64,000 nucleotides of DNA from Chloroflexota bacterium (GCA_947475545.1 CANJLL010000001.1:755734-819733), one strand, 5' to 3'; shown: positions 9,896-19,726, numbered from the stretch's first letter. Notes: generated by a model not told the origin, from the sequence alone. Numbers and translations are program-made.

Positions 9896-12094
9896 TTGGC
9901 AGGCACGGATTCGGCTTCGGGGCCGGTGAGCGCGTCCGGCCATGCCCCGTCCGGCGCGCCCACGTCCGGTCGGGCCGGCGGCTACGTCGTCGGCATCGAC
10001 ACCGGCGGCACCTTCACGGACTGCGTTGTCATCGACGCCGCGGGCGTTGTCCACATCGACAAGGCGTTCTCCACCCCGCACGACCCATCCGTGGGCGCGC
10101 GCGACGCCCTGCGCAACGTGGCGGCGCGGATCGGTGTCAGCGACCGGGAGATCCTGGCCGCCTGCGTCCGATTCGCGCACGGCACCACCGTGGGTACCAA
10201 TGCGCTGATCCAGCGGACCGGGACCACGGTGGGCCTCGTGACCACCCGCGGGTTCGAGGACACGATGATCATCGCCCGCGGGCCCATGGGTCGGAATACG
10301 GGAATCCCGCTGGCGCAGGCACTGGACTTCGTCCGCAACGAGAAGCCCGCCCCCTACGTGCAACGGCGGCTCACCTTTGGTGTGGGCGAGCGGGTGGACC
10401 TGGACGGCGAGGTGGTGGCGCCGCTCCGCGAGGAGGACGTCCTGGCAGCCGCCGAGGCGCTGAGGGCAGCCGGCGCGGACTCCGTGGCCGTCTCGCTGCT
10501 CTGGTCGTTCCGCAACCCCGCCCACGAGGAGCGCGTCCGCGAGCTGCTCCAGGCGGCCGTCCCCGGGCTGCAGATCAGCCTCTCGTCCGAAGTCTCACCG
10601 GTCTCCGGCGAGTACGAGCGGACCATGACCACCGTCGTCAACGCCTACCTGGCACCGGTCATGACCCGCTACATCACGCAGCTCGCCGAAGGGCTGGCGG
10701 CCGACGGCCTGCGCTACCCGGTCCAGCTGATGACCTGCGCGGGCGGCACCATCTTCCCCGGCGACGTGGCGAGGCGCGCGGTCTCGCTAATCAACGGCGG
10801 GCCGGTGGGCGGCCTGGTGGCGGCGCGCGAGCTGGGCGTCACGCTGGGCTTCGAGAACGTCATCACCACGGACATGGGCGGCACCAGTTTCGACGTGGGG
10901 CTGATCCACCGCGGCGTCATTCGGACCGAGGCGTCCACCTTCGTCTCGCAGGGCGCGCCAGTCCAGCTGGAGGCGGCCAAGGTGGTCGCCATCGGCGCCG
11001 GCGGCGGGTCCATCGCCTGGACGGACGGCGAGCGGCTCCTGGTCGGGCCAAACAGCGCCTCGTCGCGGCCGGGTCCGGCCTGCTACGGCCACGGCGGCAG
11101 CGAGCCCACGGTCACCGACGCGCTCGTGGTGCTGGGGCTCCTGGACCCGGCGGCCTTCTTCGGCGGGCGAACGCAGCTCCGGGTGGACCTGGCGGAGGAC
11201 GCCATCCGTACGCGGCTGGCGGAGCCGCTGGGGCTGGACGTCCGAACCGCCGCCGCGGGCATCTACGAGATCGTCACCGCCCGGATGAGCGACCTGGTCC
11301 GCCAGACCACGGTGTCGGAGGGCCTGGACCCGCGCGAGTTCACGCTGCTGGCGTACGGCGGCGCCGCGCCGCTCCACGCCGCGGCCTATTCGGAGCCGCT
11401 CCGCGTTCGGGACGTGATCGTGCCGCCCACCTCGTCGGTCTTCTCGGCGCTGGGCTGCGCGCTGTCAGACATCCGATACACGTACGCGCGCTCGTCGCCG
11501 CTCCGCCTGGAGGCCGCCGGCGCCGATGCCACCTCCGACGCGATCTTCGCCGACCTGCAGCGCCGGGCCGTCACGGACATGGCGGCCAGCGGCCACGCTG
11601 CGGCGGACGGTGCCGGCCTCACGCTCCGTCGTCGCCTCGACGTCCGGTACGCCGGCCAGATGAGCGAGGTCACGATCGAGCTGAGCGATTCGGACGAGGA
11701 CCTGGCCGGACAGGTCCGGCGCGCCTTCGAGGCCGAGTACGCCATCCGCTTCGGGGCCATGACCATCCCGAAGAAGGGACGTATCGAGCTGATCACGTTC
11801 CGGCTGGAGGCCCTGGTCCCGGCGGCCCGCCCGCCGGCCGCCACGATTGCGACCCGCACCGGTTCTGGGGCGGGCGCCCTGGTCCCGCGGACCACGCGGC
11901 GCATCTTCACCCGCCAGTACGGCGAGGCAGAGGCGGGCATCTTCGACGGCGCCGGGCTGCTGGCCGGGGACCGCGTGGCCGGCCCATCGCTGATCTCCCG
12001 CTCCGACACCACGATCTTCATCCCCAGCGGCCACCGCGCCGAGGTGGACGCGTTCGGGAACGTCCACATCGACGTGCGGAGGTCGATCTCGTGA
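9896..12094 (+). CDS. Hydantoinase/oxoprolinase A-family subunit (HyuA-like; acetone carboxylase beta-like)
   Basis: GIDTGGTFTDCVVID N-terminal ATPase motif and ~730 aa length. The true start is probably downstream of the TTG at 9896, since the G/S-rich leader is unconvincing. Confidence 0.85.
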   Translation: MAGTDSASGPVSASGHAPSGAPTSGRAGGYVVGIDTGGTFTDCVVIDAAGVVHIDKAFSTPHDPSVGARDALRNVAARIGVSDREILAACVRFAHGTTVGTNALIQRTGTTVGLVTTRGFEDTMIIARGPMGRNTGIPLAQALDFVRNEKPAPYVQRRLTFGVGERVDLDGEVVAPLREEDVLAAAEALRAAGADSVAVSLLWSFRNPAHEERVRELLQAAVPGLQISLSSEVSPVSGEYERTMTTVVNAYLAPVMTRYITQLAEGLAADGLRYPVQLMTCAGGTIFPGDVARRAVSLINGGPVGGLVAARELGVTLGFENVITTDMGGTSFDVGLIHRGVIRTEASTFVSQGAPVQLEAAKVVAIGAGGGSIAWTDGERLLVGPNSASSRPGPACYGHGGSEPTVTDALVVLGLLDPAAFFGGRTQLRVDLAEDAIRTRLAEPLGLDVRTAAAGIYEIVTARMSDLVRQTTVSEGLDPREFTLLAYGGAAPLHAAAYSEPLRVRDVIVPPTSSVFSALGCALSDIRYTYARSSPLRLEAAGADATSDAIFADLQRRAVTDMAASGHAAADGAGLTLRRRLDVRYAGQMSEVTIELSDSDEDLAGQVRRAFEAEYAIRFGAMTIPKKGRIELITFRLEALVPAARPPAATIATRTGSGAGALVPRTTRRIFTRQYGEAEAGIFDGAGLLAGDRVAGPSLISRSDTTIFIPSGHRAEVDAFGNVHIDVRRSIS

Positions 12095-14367
12095 GCAGCG
12101 CCCAGGGGGTGGACGCGCCCGACGGGGGCGTTCGTCCGTCGACGGTGGATCCCATCACCTTCGAGGTCATCAAGCACCGCCTGCTCCAGATCAACGACGA
12201 GCAGGGCATCACCATCAAGACGCTCTCGTCCTCGCCCATCGTGGTGGAGGGCAACGACTTCAACGTGGGCCTGTTCACGGCCCGCGGGGACATCGCCGTG
12301 GCCGGGCCGTACGTGCTGACCCACGTCACGACCATGGACTACATCATCAAGACCATCCTGGCCGAGACCGACCCGGCCGACATCACCGACGGCGATGTCT
12401 TCCTGGTCAACGACCCGTACATGGGCGCGCTCCACCAGAACGATGTGGCGTTCCTGTCGCCCATCTACCTCGACGGCCGGCTCGCGATGTGGGCCGGCAA
12501 CGTCCTCCACCACGCGGACCTGGGCGGCATCGACGAAGGCTCGTTCTGCGTCAACGCCACCAACGTCTTCCAGGAGGCGCCGCGCTACTTCCTGAAGATC
12601 GTGTCGGCCGGGCGGCTCAACCACGAGGTGGAGCGGACCTTCACATCCAACTCGCGCCTGGGCGAGATGGTCGCCATCGACCTGCGGGCCCAGCTGGGCG
12701 CCCTCTCCGTGGTCCGCGAGCGGCTGACGGAGTTGGTCGCGGACGTCGGGCTGGCCACCGTCGAGGAGGTCATGACCCGGACCGTGAACCTGTCCGAGCG
12801 GCGGCTGCGGCGGCGGATCGCCGGGCTGCCCGACGGCTCGTGGGTGACCGAGGTCTTCATGGACGGCGACCGGGTGGGCTCCGAGCGGATCATCCGCGTC
12901 CGCCTCCGGCTGACCAAGTCGGGCGATCGGCTCACCTTCGACTACGAGGGGACGGACCGCCAGTCGCAGGGCGCGGTCAACGCGCCGTACTCCGCCTGCT
13001 ACGCGGGCACCATCGTCCCCGTCTATACGCTGCTGTGCGGCGGCGAGATCGACTGGAACGCGGCGGCCAAGCACCTGGTGGACGTGGTAGCGCCGCTGGG
13101 CTCCGTGATGAACGCGGAGTTCCCGGCCGCGGTCAGCATCTGCTCCGTGGGCTTCACGTGGCTGGCCACGGCCGCCGCGATGAAGGTGGTCGCGATGATG
13201 CTCTCTGAATCCGAGGAGTTCCGCGACCGGGTGGTCCCCTCCTGGAACGTCGCGTGCAACGGCAACAACATCTTCGGCCGGGACCGGACGGGCAAGCTGG
13301 TGGGGGCGCTGCTCTCCGACCATCGCGGCGGCGGGGCCGGGGGTCGTTCGTTCGCGGACGGCTTCGACTTCTCCGGCAAGGCCACGTCACACCTGGGCTT
13401 CCTCTCCAACGTGGAGGCGCAGGAGTGGAAGCTGCCGCTGCTGTACGCCTTCCGGCGCGCGCTGCCGGACAGCGGCGGTCCGGGGATGCACCGCGGCGGC
13501 ATGACGGCGATGGCGGCGGTGGTGATCCACAAGGGGTCCGACGCCATCTGGAAGTCCACCAACACGGCGGGCTCGGACCAGTCCAACGCATCGGGGATCC
13601 ACGGCGGCTACCCGGGGGCCGGGTCGCAGTGCTCGGTGGTGCGCGACTCGCGGATCTGGGAGCAGTACGCCGAGGGGTCCGTGGGGCTGTCGCTGGATGA
13701 TCTGGGCGGCGCGGTGGAGCACCTCCCGTCCAAGTCCGAGGGGAAGCTGGGCGCCGCGGACGTGTTCGCGTTCTACCCGCCGGGCGGGGGTGGGTACGGG
13801 GACCCGCTGGATCGCGCGCCGGGGCGGGTGCTGACCGACGTGCTCAACGGGGCGGTCACGGCCGATGGCGCGCGGCGGTTCTACGGGGTGGTGATCGCGG
13901 ACGGGGCGGTGGACGCGGCGGCCACGGACCTGCTGCGCGCGCACCTGCGCGAGGCGCGGCTGGGCGACCGGGCGGTGGGCCTGGCGGCCGAAAGTGTGGT
14001 CGCCGGCGAAGTCGGCGCGGGCGGCGACCCGGGCGGCGGCGAAGCCCTGGTGCACCGGCATCTCATCGGGGAGTACCTGGAGGTCGTCGGTCCCGCCGCG
14101 ACGCCCGAAACGTCTCCCGCCACCCACGCCTCGCCGGGCGTCATCCGCTGCCGCCGCTGCGGCACCGTCCTCTCGGTCGAAGGCCGGGATCCCCGCGGCG
14201 GCGCAATCCGCCGGACCGAGCCCCTCGCCCACGCCGGCCCGTGGATCGCGCAGCGTTTCGGCGGCTACAGCCCCAACTTCGTGCTGGACGAGGCCATCTG
14301 CCCCGGCTGCGGCACGCTCTTCGACGTGGAGGAGCGCCTCGGGGCGGACATCGCGGGCCGCGGCTGA
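12091..14367 (+). CDS. Hydantoinase B/oxoprolinase-family subunit with a fused C-terminal Cys4 zinc-ribbon domain
   Basis: GTGA overlap with the upstream gene. The HyuB core runs to ...GGGYGDPLDRAPGRVLTDVLNG. It then continues ~135 aa in frame with two CxxC pairs (IRCRRCGTV ... ICPGCGTLF). Confidence 0.85.
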   Translation: MSSAQGVDAPDGGVRPSTVDPITFEVIKHRLLQINDEQGITIKTLSSSPIVVEGNDFNVGLFTARGDIAVAGPYVLTHVTTMDYIIKTILAETDPADITDGDVFLVNDPYMGALHQNDVAFLSPIYLDGRLAMWAGNVLHHADLGGIDEGSFCVNATNVFQEAPRYFLKIVSAGRLNHEVERTFTSNSRLGEMVAIDLRAQLGALSVVRERLTELVADVGLATVEEVMTRTVNLSERRLRRRIAGLPDGSWVTEVFMDGDRVGSERIIRVRLRLTKSGDRLTFDYEGTDRQSQGAVNAPYSACYAGTIVPVYTLLCGGEIDWNAAAKHLVDVVAPLGSVMNAEFPAAVSICSVGFTWLATAAAMKVVAMMLSESEEFRDRVVPSWNVACNGNNIFGRDRTGKLVGALLSDHRGGGAGGRSFADGFDFSGKATSHLGFLSNVEAQEWKLPLLYAFRRALPDSGGPGMHRGGMTAMAAVVIHKGSDAIWKSTNTAGSDQSNASGIHGGYPGAGSQCSVVRDSRIWEQYAEGSVGLSLDDLGGAVEHLPSKSEGKLGAADVFAFYPPGGGGYGDPLDRAPGRVLTDVLNGAVTADGARRFYGVVIADGAVDAAATDLLRAHLREARLGDRAVGLAAESVVAGEVGAGGDPGGGEALVHRHLIGEYLEVVGPAATPETSPATHASPGVIRCRRCGTVLSVEGRDPRGGAIRRTEPLAHAGPWIAQRFGGYSPNFVLDEAICPGCGTLFDVEERLGADIAGRG

Positions 14368-14425
14368 GGGTTCGCATCGCCGCCCATCACGCGGTCCAGC
14401 CGTCGACGAGCCCCCTTATCCGCCA

Positions 14426-14514
14426 GATGTCGATGCAGCCGACATCGCGTCCATGCGGCCGACGCCCGCAGGACTTGCGGCTGCCTATGCGCAGGAACGT
14501 CCATGCAGCCGACA
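14426..14514. repeat. Intergenic hairpin plus three copies of an ATGC(A/G)GCCGAC motif between convergent genes
   Basis: GATGTCG-N7-CGACATC inverted repeat at 14426-14446. Near-identical 17-mers CGTCCATGCGGCCGACG (14448-14464) and CGTCCATGCAGCCGACA (14498-14514). Confidence 0.4.
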
Positions 14515-14596
14515 GATGCCCGCCCAACAGGTCCGTATCCGCCGTGACGCCGCTCGGTCCCGTCCGTTCCCTTTGCTTACGCGGCCGCCGGCTCCC

Positions 14597-15835
14597 CTAC
14601 CCCGTCACCCTTGCCGCCGCGGCGCGGCGGGCAGCCAGCCGCTCCGGGCTCATCACCAGCGTGGTGATCAGCAGCAGCACCGAGAAGAACGCCAGGAGCA
14701 GCAGCGACCCCTGGAAGTTGCCCGTGAAGTCGCGGGCCGCGCCAAGCAGGAACGGCGCAGCCGCACTCACCCCGAAGCCGCCCGCCAGCATCATCGACGC
14801 CAGCGCCCCGACGTCCTGCGGCCGCTCCGCCAGGTCCAGCGGCAGCGTCAGCGCGATGGGGAAGAGCGTCCCGAGACAGGCCCCGCAGAAGAACGCCCCC
14901 AGGTAGCCGATGTCGGGCACCACCACCAGCAGCAGGCAGGCCACGATCAGCAGCGAGGTGGCGAGGCCCATGTACAGCCGGCGCGAGCCGCGCACGTCCG
15001 CCACCCGGGTCACCATCCAGGTCGCCGGGATCCCGCCCAGCGTCATCGCCGTGGGGAGCAGCCCCGCCGACGTCGCGTCCCAGCCGCGCTCCTGGTAGAC
15101 CGCCGGCAGCCACGAGAGCAGCGCCTGGAAGATGCCGGCCCGCAGGGCGAACGACGCCACCAGCATCCACGCCACCCGGTCGCGCAGCGGCCAGTGCGGC
15201 CTGGACGCCGCCGTCCGCTTCGCCTCCGTCGGGTTGTTGCCCGTTGAGAGGTGCCAGACCAGCGCCATCACCAGCGACACGACGGAGACCGCGATCAGCG
15301 CCTCACGCCAGCCGCCAAACAGGAGGGCCAGCGGCGCCGCGATCGCCGACGACAGGGCCGCCCCGGCCTGATACCCGTTCGTGTACATCCCGGTCGCGAA
15401 CGCGGGCCGCTTGCTGAACCGCTCCTTGACCGCGATGGGCAGCAGCGCCCCACCGATCCCGATCCCGATCCCGATCGGCACGGTGGCCGCCATCACCAGG
15501 AACGCGTTCGGCGCGATCGCGCGCCCGAAGCCGAAGATCGCGATCACCAGCAGCGACAGGGTCATCCCCCAGCGCGTGCCGAAGAGCTGCGCCGAGGTGG
15601 GCCCCGCCAGCGCGAAGATGCCCATGCAGACCAGCGGGATGGTCGAGAGGAGGCCTGCCACAGCGTGGGAGACGACGAGGTCCGTCTGGATCATGGGGAT
15701 GAGCGGTCCCACCGCCATCATCTGTGGCCGCGTCGCGAGGCCGCCCATGAACAGCGCGAACAGGCCCAGGGTGGTTCCCAGGTCGACCTTGGCGATGGGG
15801 CCGCCCGGGGCGGCCGAACCACCAGCCCTGCTCAC
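14597..15835 (-). CDS. MFS transporter, CynX/NimT-like subfamily
   Basis: 12-TM MFS protein. Its start overlaps the stop of the upstream Mo-hydroxylase gene (15832-15835). Confidence 0.85.
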   Translation of the reverse strand: MSRAGGSAAPGGPIAKVDLGTTLGLFALFMGGLATRPQMMAVGPLIPMIQTDLVVSHAVAGLLSTIPLVCMGIFALAGPTSAQLFGTRWGMTLSLLVIAIFGFGRAIAPNAFLVMAATVPIGIGIGIGGALLPIAVKERFSKRPAFATGMYTNGYQAGAALSSAIAAPLALLFGGWREALIAVSVVSLVMALVWHLSTGNNPTEAKRTAASRPHWPLRDRVAWMLVASFALRAGIFQALLSWLPAVYQERGWDATSAGLLPTAMTLGGIPATWMVTRVADVRGSRRLYMGLATSLLIVACLLLVVVPDIGYLGAFFCGACLGTLFPIALTLPLDLAERPQDVGALASMMLAGGFGVSAAAPFLLGAARDFTGNFQGSLLLLAFFSVLLLITTLVMSPERLAARRAAAARVTG

Positions 15836-18186
15836 GCCTTCGACCCCGAGGGTGCCGCGGCGCCCTTGAACGCCGCCGCGATCGACTCCGGGAGCACCGG
15901 GCAGCGATCCAGCTCCGCCCCGAACGGCGAGAGCGCGTCCTCCACCGCCCCGATGATCGCGGCCGGCACGGCGATCGTCCCGGCCTCGCCTACCCCCTTG
16001 ACCCCGAGCGGGTTCCGCGTGCTGGGCGTCTCCATGTGGTGCATCTCCACGTCGGGCACGTCACTGGCGCGCGGGAGGCCGTAGTCCATCAGTGTCCCGT
16101 TCACCAATTGCCCATCCTCGTCGTAGACCAGGCGCTCGAACAGCGCCCCGCCGAGTCCCTGCGCAATGCCGCCCTGGATCTGCCCCTCCACGATGAGCGG
16201 GTTGATGATCCGGCCGCAATCGTGGACCACCACGTAGCGGAGGATGCTGACCGCGCCGGTCAGCGGATCCAGCTCCACCACCGCCGCGTGGACGCCGCTG
16301 GCGAAGGTGACCGTGTCGGGCGCGAAGGCGGATTCGGCCTGCAGCCCGGTGGAGTCGGCGGAGGCCTGCCGGCCGATCCCTGGGGCCGAGGCGGACGCCA
16401 GCTGGCCGGTGCCGAACCCGCGGTCGGGCGACCCGGCCACGAAGACCCGGCCGTTCTCGAAGATCAGGTCGGCGACCGCGACCTCCAGGCGCTCCGAGGC
16501 CAGGCGGGCGACCTGGTCGCGGACGTCGTGTGCCGCGGCGTGGACCGCGTTGCCCACGACCACGGCGGTCCGGCTGGCGATGGTGCCGCCGCCCCACGGG
16601 TGCGTGAGGGTGTCACCGCTGATGACGCGGACCCGGTCCATGGGGATGCCCAGCGCGTCGCCCACCAGTTGGGCCAGCACTGTCTCGTGGCCCTGCCCCT
16701 GGGACGGGAGCGCCGTGGTGACGATGGCCTCGCCGCCCCCGGTCAGACGGACGCGGGCGGTCTCGAAGGGGCCCACGCCCGTCCCCTCGATGTACGTCCC
16801 GAATCCGATCCCGATGTGCCGCCCCTCTGCGCGCCCGGCAGCCTGCTCAGCCCGCAGCTCGTCGTAGCGGAGGGCGGCGAGGACCCCGTCCAACGCGCCG
16901 TGGAAGTCGCCGCCGTCCAGCACCAGCTGCTTCCCGTCCCGGTAGAGGATGCCGGCGTCGTAGGGCATCTCCTGAGCCGTGACCATGTTCCGGCGGCGCA
17001 GCTCGGCCGGGTCCATGCCCAGCGCCCGGGCGGCGCGGTCCACGATCCGGTCCATCGCGAAGATGGCCTCTGGGCGGCCCGCGCCGCGGTAGGCGGACAG
17101 CGGCGCCTTGTTGGTCAGGACCACCGTGCACTCGATCGCCAGTGCCGGGATCCGGTAGACCGACTGGAGGTGGGATGTGGTGTTGTACGGGACGATCAGG
17201 TTCTCGACGTTGCTGGCGCCAGCATCCACGAGGTAGTCGTCCCTCATGCCCAGGATGTGGCCCTCCGCGTCCAGGGCGAGGGAGATCCGGTGGCGCTGCC
17301 CGCGCGAGTGGATGGCGGACAGGAAGCTCTCGCGGCGCGTGTCCATCCAGCGCACCGGGCGGTTGAGCCGGCGAGCCAGCTCGGCCACCACGAGCTCCTC
17401 GGGGTAGACCATCGACTTGACGCCAAAGCCGCCGCCCACGTCCGGGGCGATGACGCGGAGCCGCGCCTCCGGGATGCCCAGGCATCGGACGATCGCATCG
17501 CGCAGCCAGTGCGGTGCCTGGTTGCTGGACCAGACCGTGAGGCCGCCACGCCGGTCCGGCACGCCCAGCGCGCCGCGCGCCTCCAGCGGCACCCCCGTCT
17601 GGCGCTCCATGGTGAAGGTGCCCTCGACGATGGTGTGTGCGGCCGCAAAGGCAGCGTCGGCGTCGCCCTTGGTGACCGTGAAGTGGAGCGACAGGTTGGT
17701 GCCGTGGTCCGGCTGGACAAGCGGCGTGTCTGCGTCCAGCGCGCGCTCCGGGTCCGTGTTGACCGGCAGCGGGTGCAGGTTCAGCTCCACCAACCGTGTT
17801 GCGTCGTCCGCGACGTAGCGGTTGGAGGCCGCGACCACCGCGACCGGCTCACCGGCAAACCGCACGTCGCCCGCGGCCAGGAGCCGGATGTGCTCGGGGT
17901 GGAGCGTTGGGTTGATCGCCGCGCGCAGGGCGTCGTTGGGCGGGAACCAGGTTGGATGGGGATGCGGCCCGTTCGCAGCACCCAGCGATTCGGCCGTGAA
18001 CACGCCCGCCACCCCGGGGAGCGCCGCGGCGGCCGTCGTGTCCACGCCGACGATCCGCGCGTGCGCGTAGGGGCTGCGGACGAACGCGAGGTGGAGTGCG
18101 CCCGGGGCCGCGATGTCGTCGACGTACTCGCCGAGGCCGCGCAGGAGGCGAGGGTCCTCGACCCGGCGAATCCGCTGCCCGAACAC
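15832..18186 (-). CDS. Xanthine dehydrogenase-family molybdopterin-binding large subunit (CoxL form II-like), orphan
   Basis: ~784 aa with DVGGGFG, the AYRGAGRPEA active-site loop (not the CODH form I AYRCSFR), and GVGE. No M/S subunit genes adjacent. Confidence 0.9.
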   Translation of the reverse strand: MFGQRIRRVEDPRLLRGLGEYVDDIAAPGALHLAFVRSPYAHARIVGVDTTAAAALPGVAGVFTAESLGAANGPHPHPTWFPPNDALRAAINPTLHPEHIRLLAAGDVRFAGEPVAVVAASNRYVADDATRLVELNLHPLPVNTDPERALDADTPLVQPDHGTNLSLHFTVTKGDADAAFAAAHTIVEGTFTMERQTGVPLEARGALGVPDRRGGLTVWSSNQAPHWLRDAIVRCLGIPEARLRVIAPDVGGGFGVKSMVYPEELVVAELARRLNRPVRWMDTRRESFLSAIHSRGQRHRISLALDAEGHILGMRDDYLVDAGASNVENLIVPYNTTSHLQSVYRIPALAIECTVVLTNKAPLSAYRGAGRPEAIFAMDRIVDRAARALGMDPAELRRRNMVTAQEMPYDAGILYRDGKQLVLDGGDFHGALDGVLAALRYDELRAEQAAGRAEGRHIGIGFGTYIEGTGVGPFETARVRLTGGGEAIVTTALPSQGQGHETVLAQLVGDALGIPMDRVRVISGDTLTHPWGGGTIASRTAVVVGNAVHAAAHDVRDQVARLASERLEVAVADLIFENGRVFVAGSPDRGFGTGQLASASAPGIGRQASADSTGLQAESAFAPDTVTFASGVHAAVVELDPLTGAVSILRYVVVHDCGRIINPLIVEGQIQGGIAQGLGGALFERLVYDEDGQLVNGTLMDYGLPRASDVPDVEMHHMETPSTRNPLGVKGVGEAGTIAVPAAIIGAVEDALSPFGAELDRCPVLPESIAAAFKGAAAPSGSKA

Positions 18187-18371
18187 GCGCCTGCCAGTCC
18201 CTCCACCGGCCAGGAGCCGGGCCCATATGCGTCATCGTTGACGGCCCGGGCATCCGCCCGAAGCCGGGTCAGGATACCGTACGTCGGGACGACGATTCCC
18301 CGGTGCGGCGCCACCGAGACCCCGCCGCGGATCGGCGCAGCGCAGGAGGCCAGGTGAACCGAGGCGGCGTC

Positions 18372-19538
18372 ATGGCGCGCATGGCCGTCCTTGCGATCGC
18401 CGCCCTCGCGCTCCGGCCGCAACTGGTCGGGGTGGGCCCGCTGGCACCCCTGATCCGGGCCGACCTGGGCCTGAGCTACGCGGAGGCGGGCCTCCTCACC
18501 ACCATCCCGCTGCTGTGCATGGGCATCTTCGCCCTGACCACGCCGAGCGTCGTGGCGGCGCTGGGCTCCGGACGGACGGTGGCGGGCAGCCTGCTCCTGA
18601 TCGGCCTGGCGGGGTTGCTCCGTGGGCTGGCGCCAAACGGCCCGTGGCTGCTCCTGCTGACGATCCCGGTGGGCCTCGGGATCGGCACGGCCGGGGCTGC
18701 CTTCCCGGTCCTGGTCAAGGAGTGGTTCCCCGGCCGCGGCGCCACGGCGACCGGGGTCTACACCACGGCGATCCAGGTGGGGGCCACCGTCTCGGCGGCC
18801 ATCGCGGTCCCGCTGTCGCTGGCCCTGGGCTCATGGCGCGGGACGCTGACGGCCTACGCCGCCGCGGCCGCGGTCTCCATCGGGGCCTGGCTCCTGTTTG
18901 CCGAGCGAACGCCCCGCCCGCCGCGTCGAACGGGCCGAGGACTCCTGGCGCCCATCGCCGTCCGAAGCCCCGCCGCATGGCTGCTGGCTGCCCTGTTCGC
19001 CCTCACGGCGCTCCCCTACTACGGCCTCAGCGCGTGGCTCCCGTCGGCGTACGTGGAGCGCGGCTGGAGCACCGTTGATGCCGGCGCGCTCTTCGCGGTG
19101 TTCGGGATCGCGGGGCTGCCGGCCAGCCTCATCGCATCGGTGCTGGCGGACCGGTTCGGGACCCGCCGCCACTACCTGGTGGGCGCGTCATTGGTCGTGA
19201 TCGTCTCGCTGACCGGGTTGATCGTGGCGCCCTCCTTCGCCTGGCTCTGGGCCGTGACCGGCGGCACCTTCCTGGCGGTGCTCTTCACGATCGGCCTGAC
19301 GCTCCCGCTGGACACCAGCCACGACCCGGCGAAGGTGGCGCCCGTCGTGGGCCTGATGATGTTCGTGGGCTACCTGGTCATGGCGTTCATGCCAGCGCTG
19401 CTTGGCGCCATCCGCGACATCACCGGCGGCTTCACCACCAGCCTCTGGGTGATCGTGGCCGGTATGGTGCTGATGTTGGGCGCCAGCCTGCTGGCGTCGC
19501 CGGAGCGGCTGGCTCGCGGCGAGCGTCCCGCCGCCTGA
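18372..19538 (+). CDS. MFS transporter, CynX/NimT-like (paralog of 14597..15835), divergent from the Mo-hydroxylase
   Basis: Clear paralogy to the other CynX-like ORF (MARMAVLAIAALALRPQLVGVGPLAPLI vs ...RPQMMAVGPLIPMI). Start chosen at the ATG at 18372; the long upstream extension is Arg-rich junk. Confidence 0.8.
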   Translation: MARMAVLAIAALALRPQLVGVGPLAPLIRADLGLSYAEAGLLTTIPLLCMGIFALTTPSVVAALGSGRTVAGSLLLIGLAGLLRGLAPNGPWLLLLTIPVGLGIGTAGAAFPVLVKEWFPGRGATATGVYTTAIQVGATVSAAIAVPLSLALGSWRGTLTAYAAAAAVSIGAWLLFAERTPRPPRRTGRGLLAPIAVRSPAAWLLAALFALTALPYYGLSAWLPSAYVERGWSTVDAGALFAVFGIAGLPASLIASVLADRFGTRRHYLVGASLVVIVSLTGLIVAPSFAWLWAVTGGTFLAVLFTIGLTLPLDTSHDPAKVAPVVGLMMFVGYLVMAFMPALLGAIRDITGGFTTSLWVIVAGMVLMLGASLLASPERLARGERPAA

Positions 19539-19660
19539 TCGTGCCCGACGTGCGGGCCTCCGGCGTTCGCACTGGCCTGCTGCCGTGCGCGCGGCGGGCC
19601 CAGCCCGGTCCGGTGTCCGCGGGTGTACGGTACGCCGAGGCGGAGATGGAGCCCCGCGGA

Positions 19661-19674
19661 TCGGCAGCTGCCGA
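19661..19674. promoter_or_regulatory. Perfect 14-bp palindrome TCGGCAGCTGCCGA in an intergenic region
   Basis: Read directly from the sequence. It lies ~120 nt after the MFS stop and ~55 nt before the small ORF at 19727. Confidence 0.3.
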
Positions 19675-19726
19675 CCTCGCACGCCCCTCGCCGTAGGCGG
19701 TCGCGCCGCCGCCGGAGGCCTCAAGC

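Noticed and set aside
12489-13208. 239-aa and other internal ORFs overlapping hyuB in alternative frames.
   Set aside because: They are fully embedded in a gene with strong family signal and have Arg/Gly/Pro-biased composition.
15832-18186. Annotating the XDH-family large subunits as aerobic CO dehydrogenase (CoxL).
   Set aside because: The active-site loops read AYRGAGRPEA or NAYRGFGKDAQ, not the form I CODH AYRCSFR. CoxG and MoeA-like neighbours are common to many Mo-hydroxylases.
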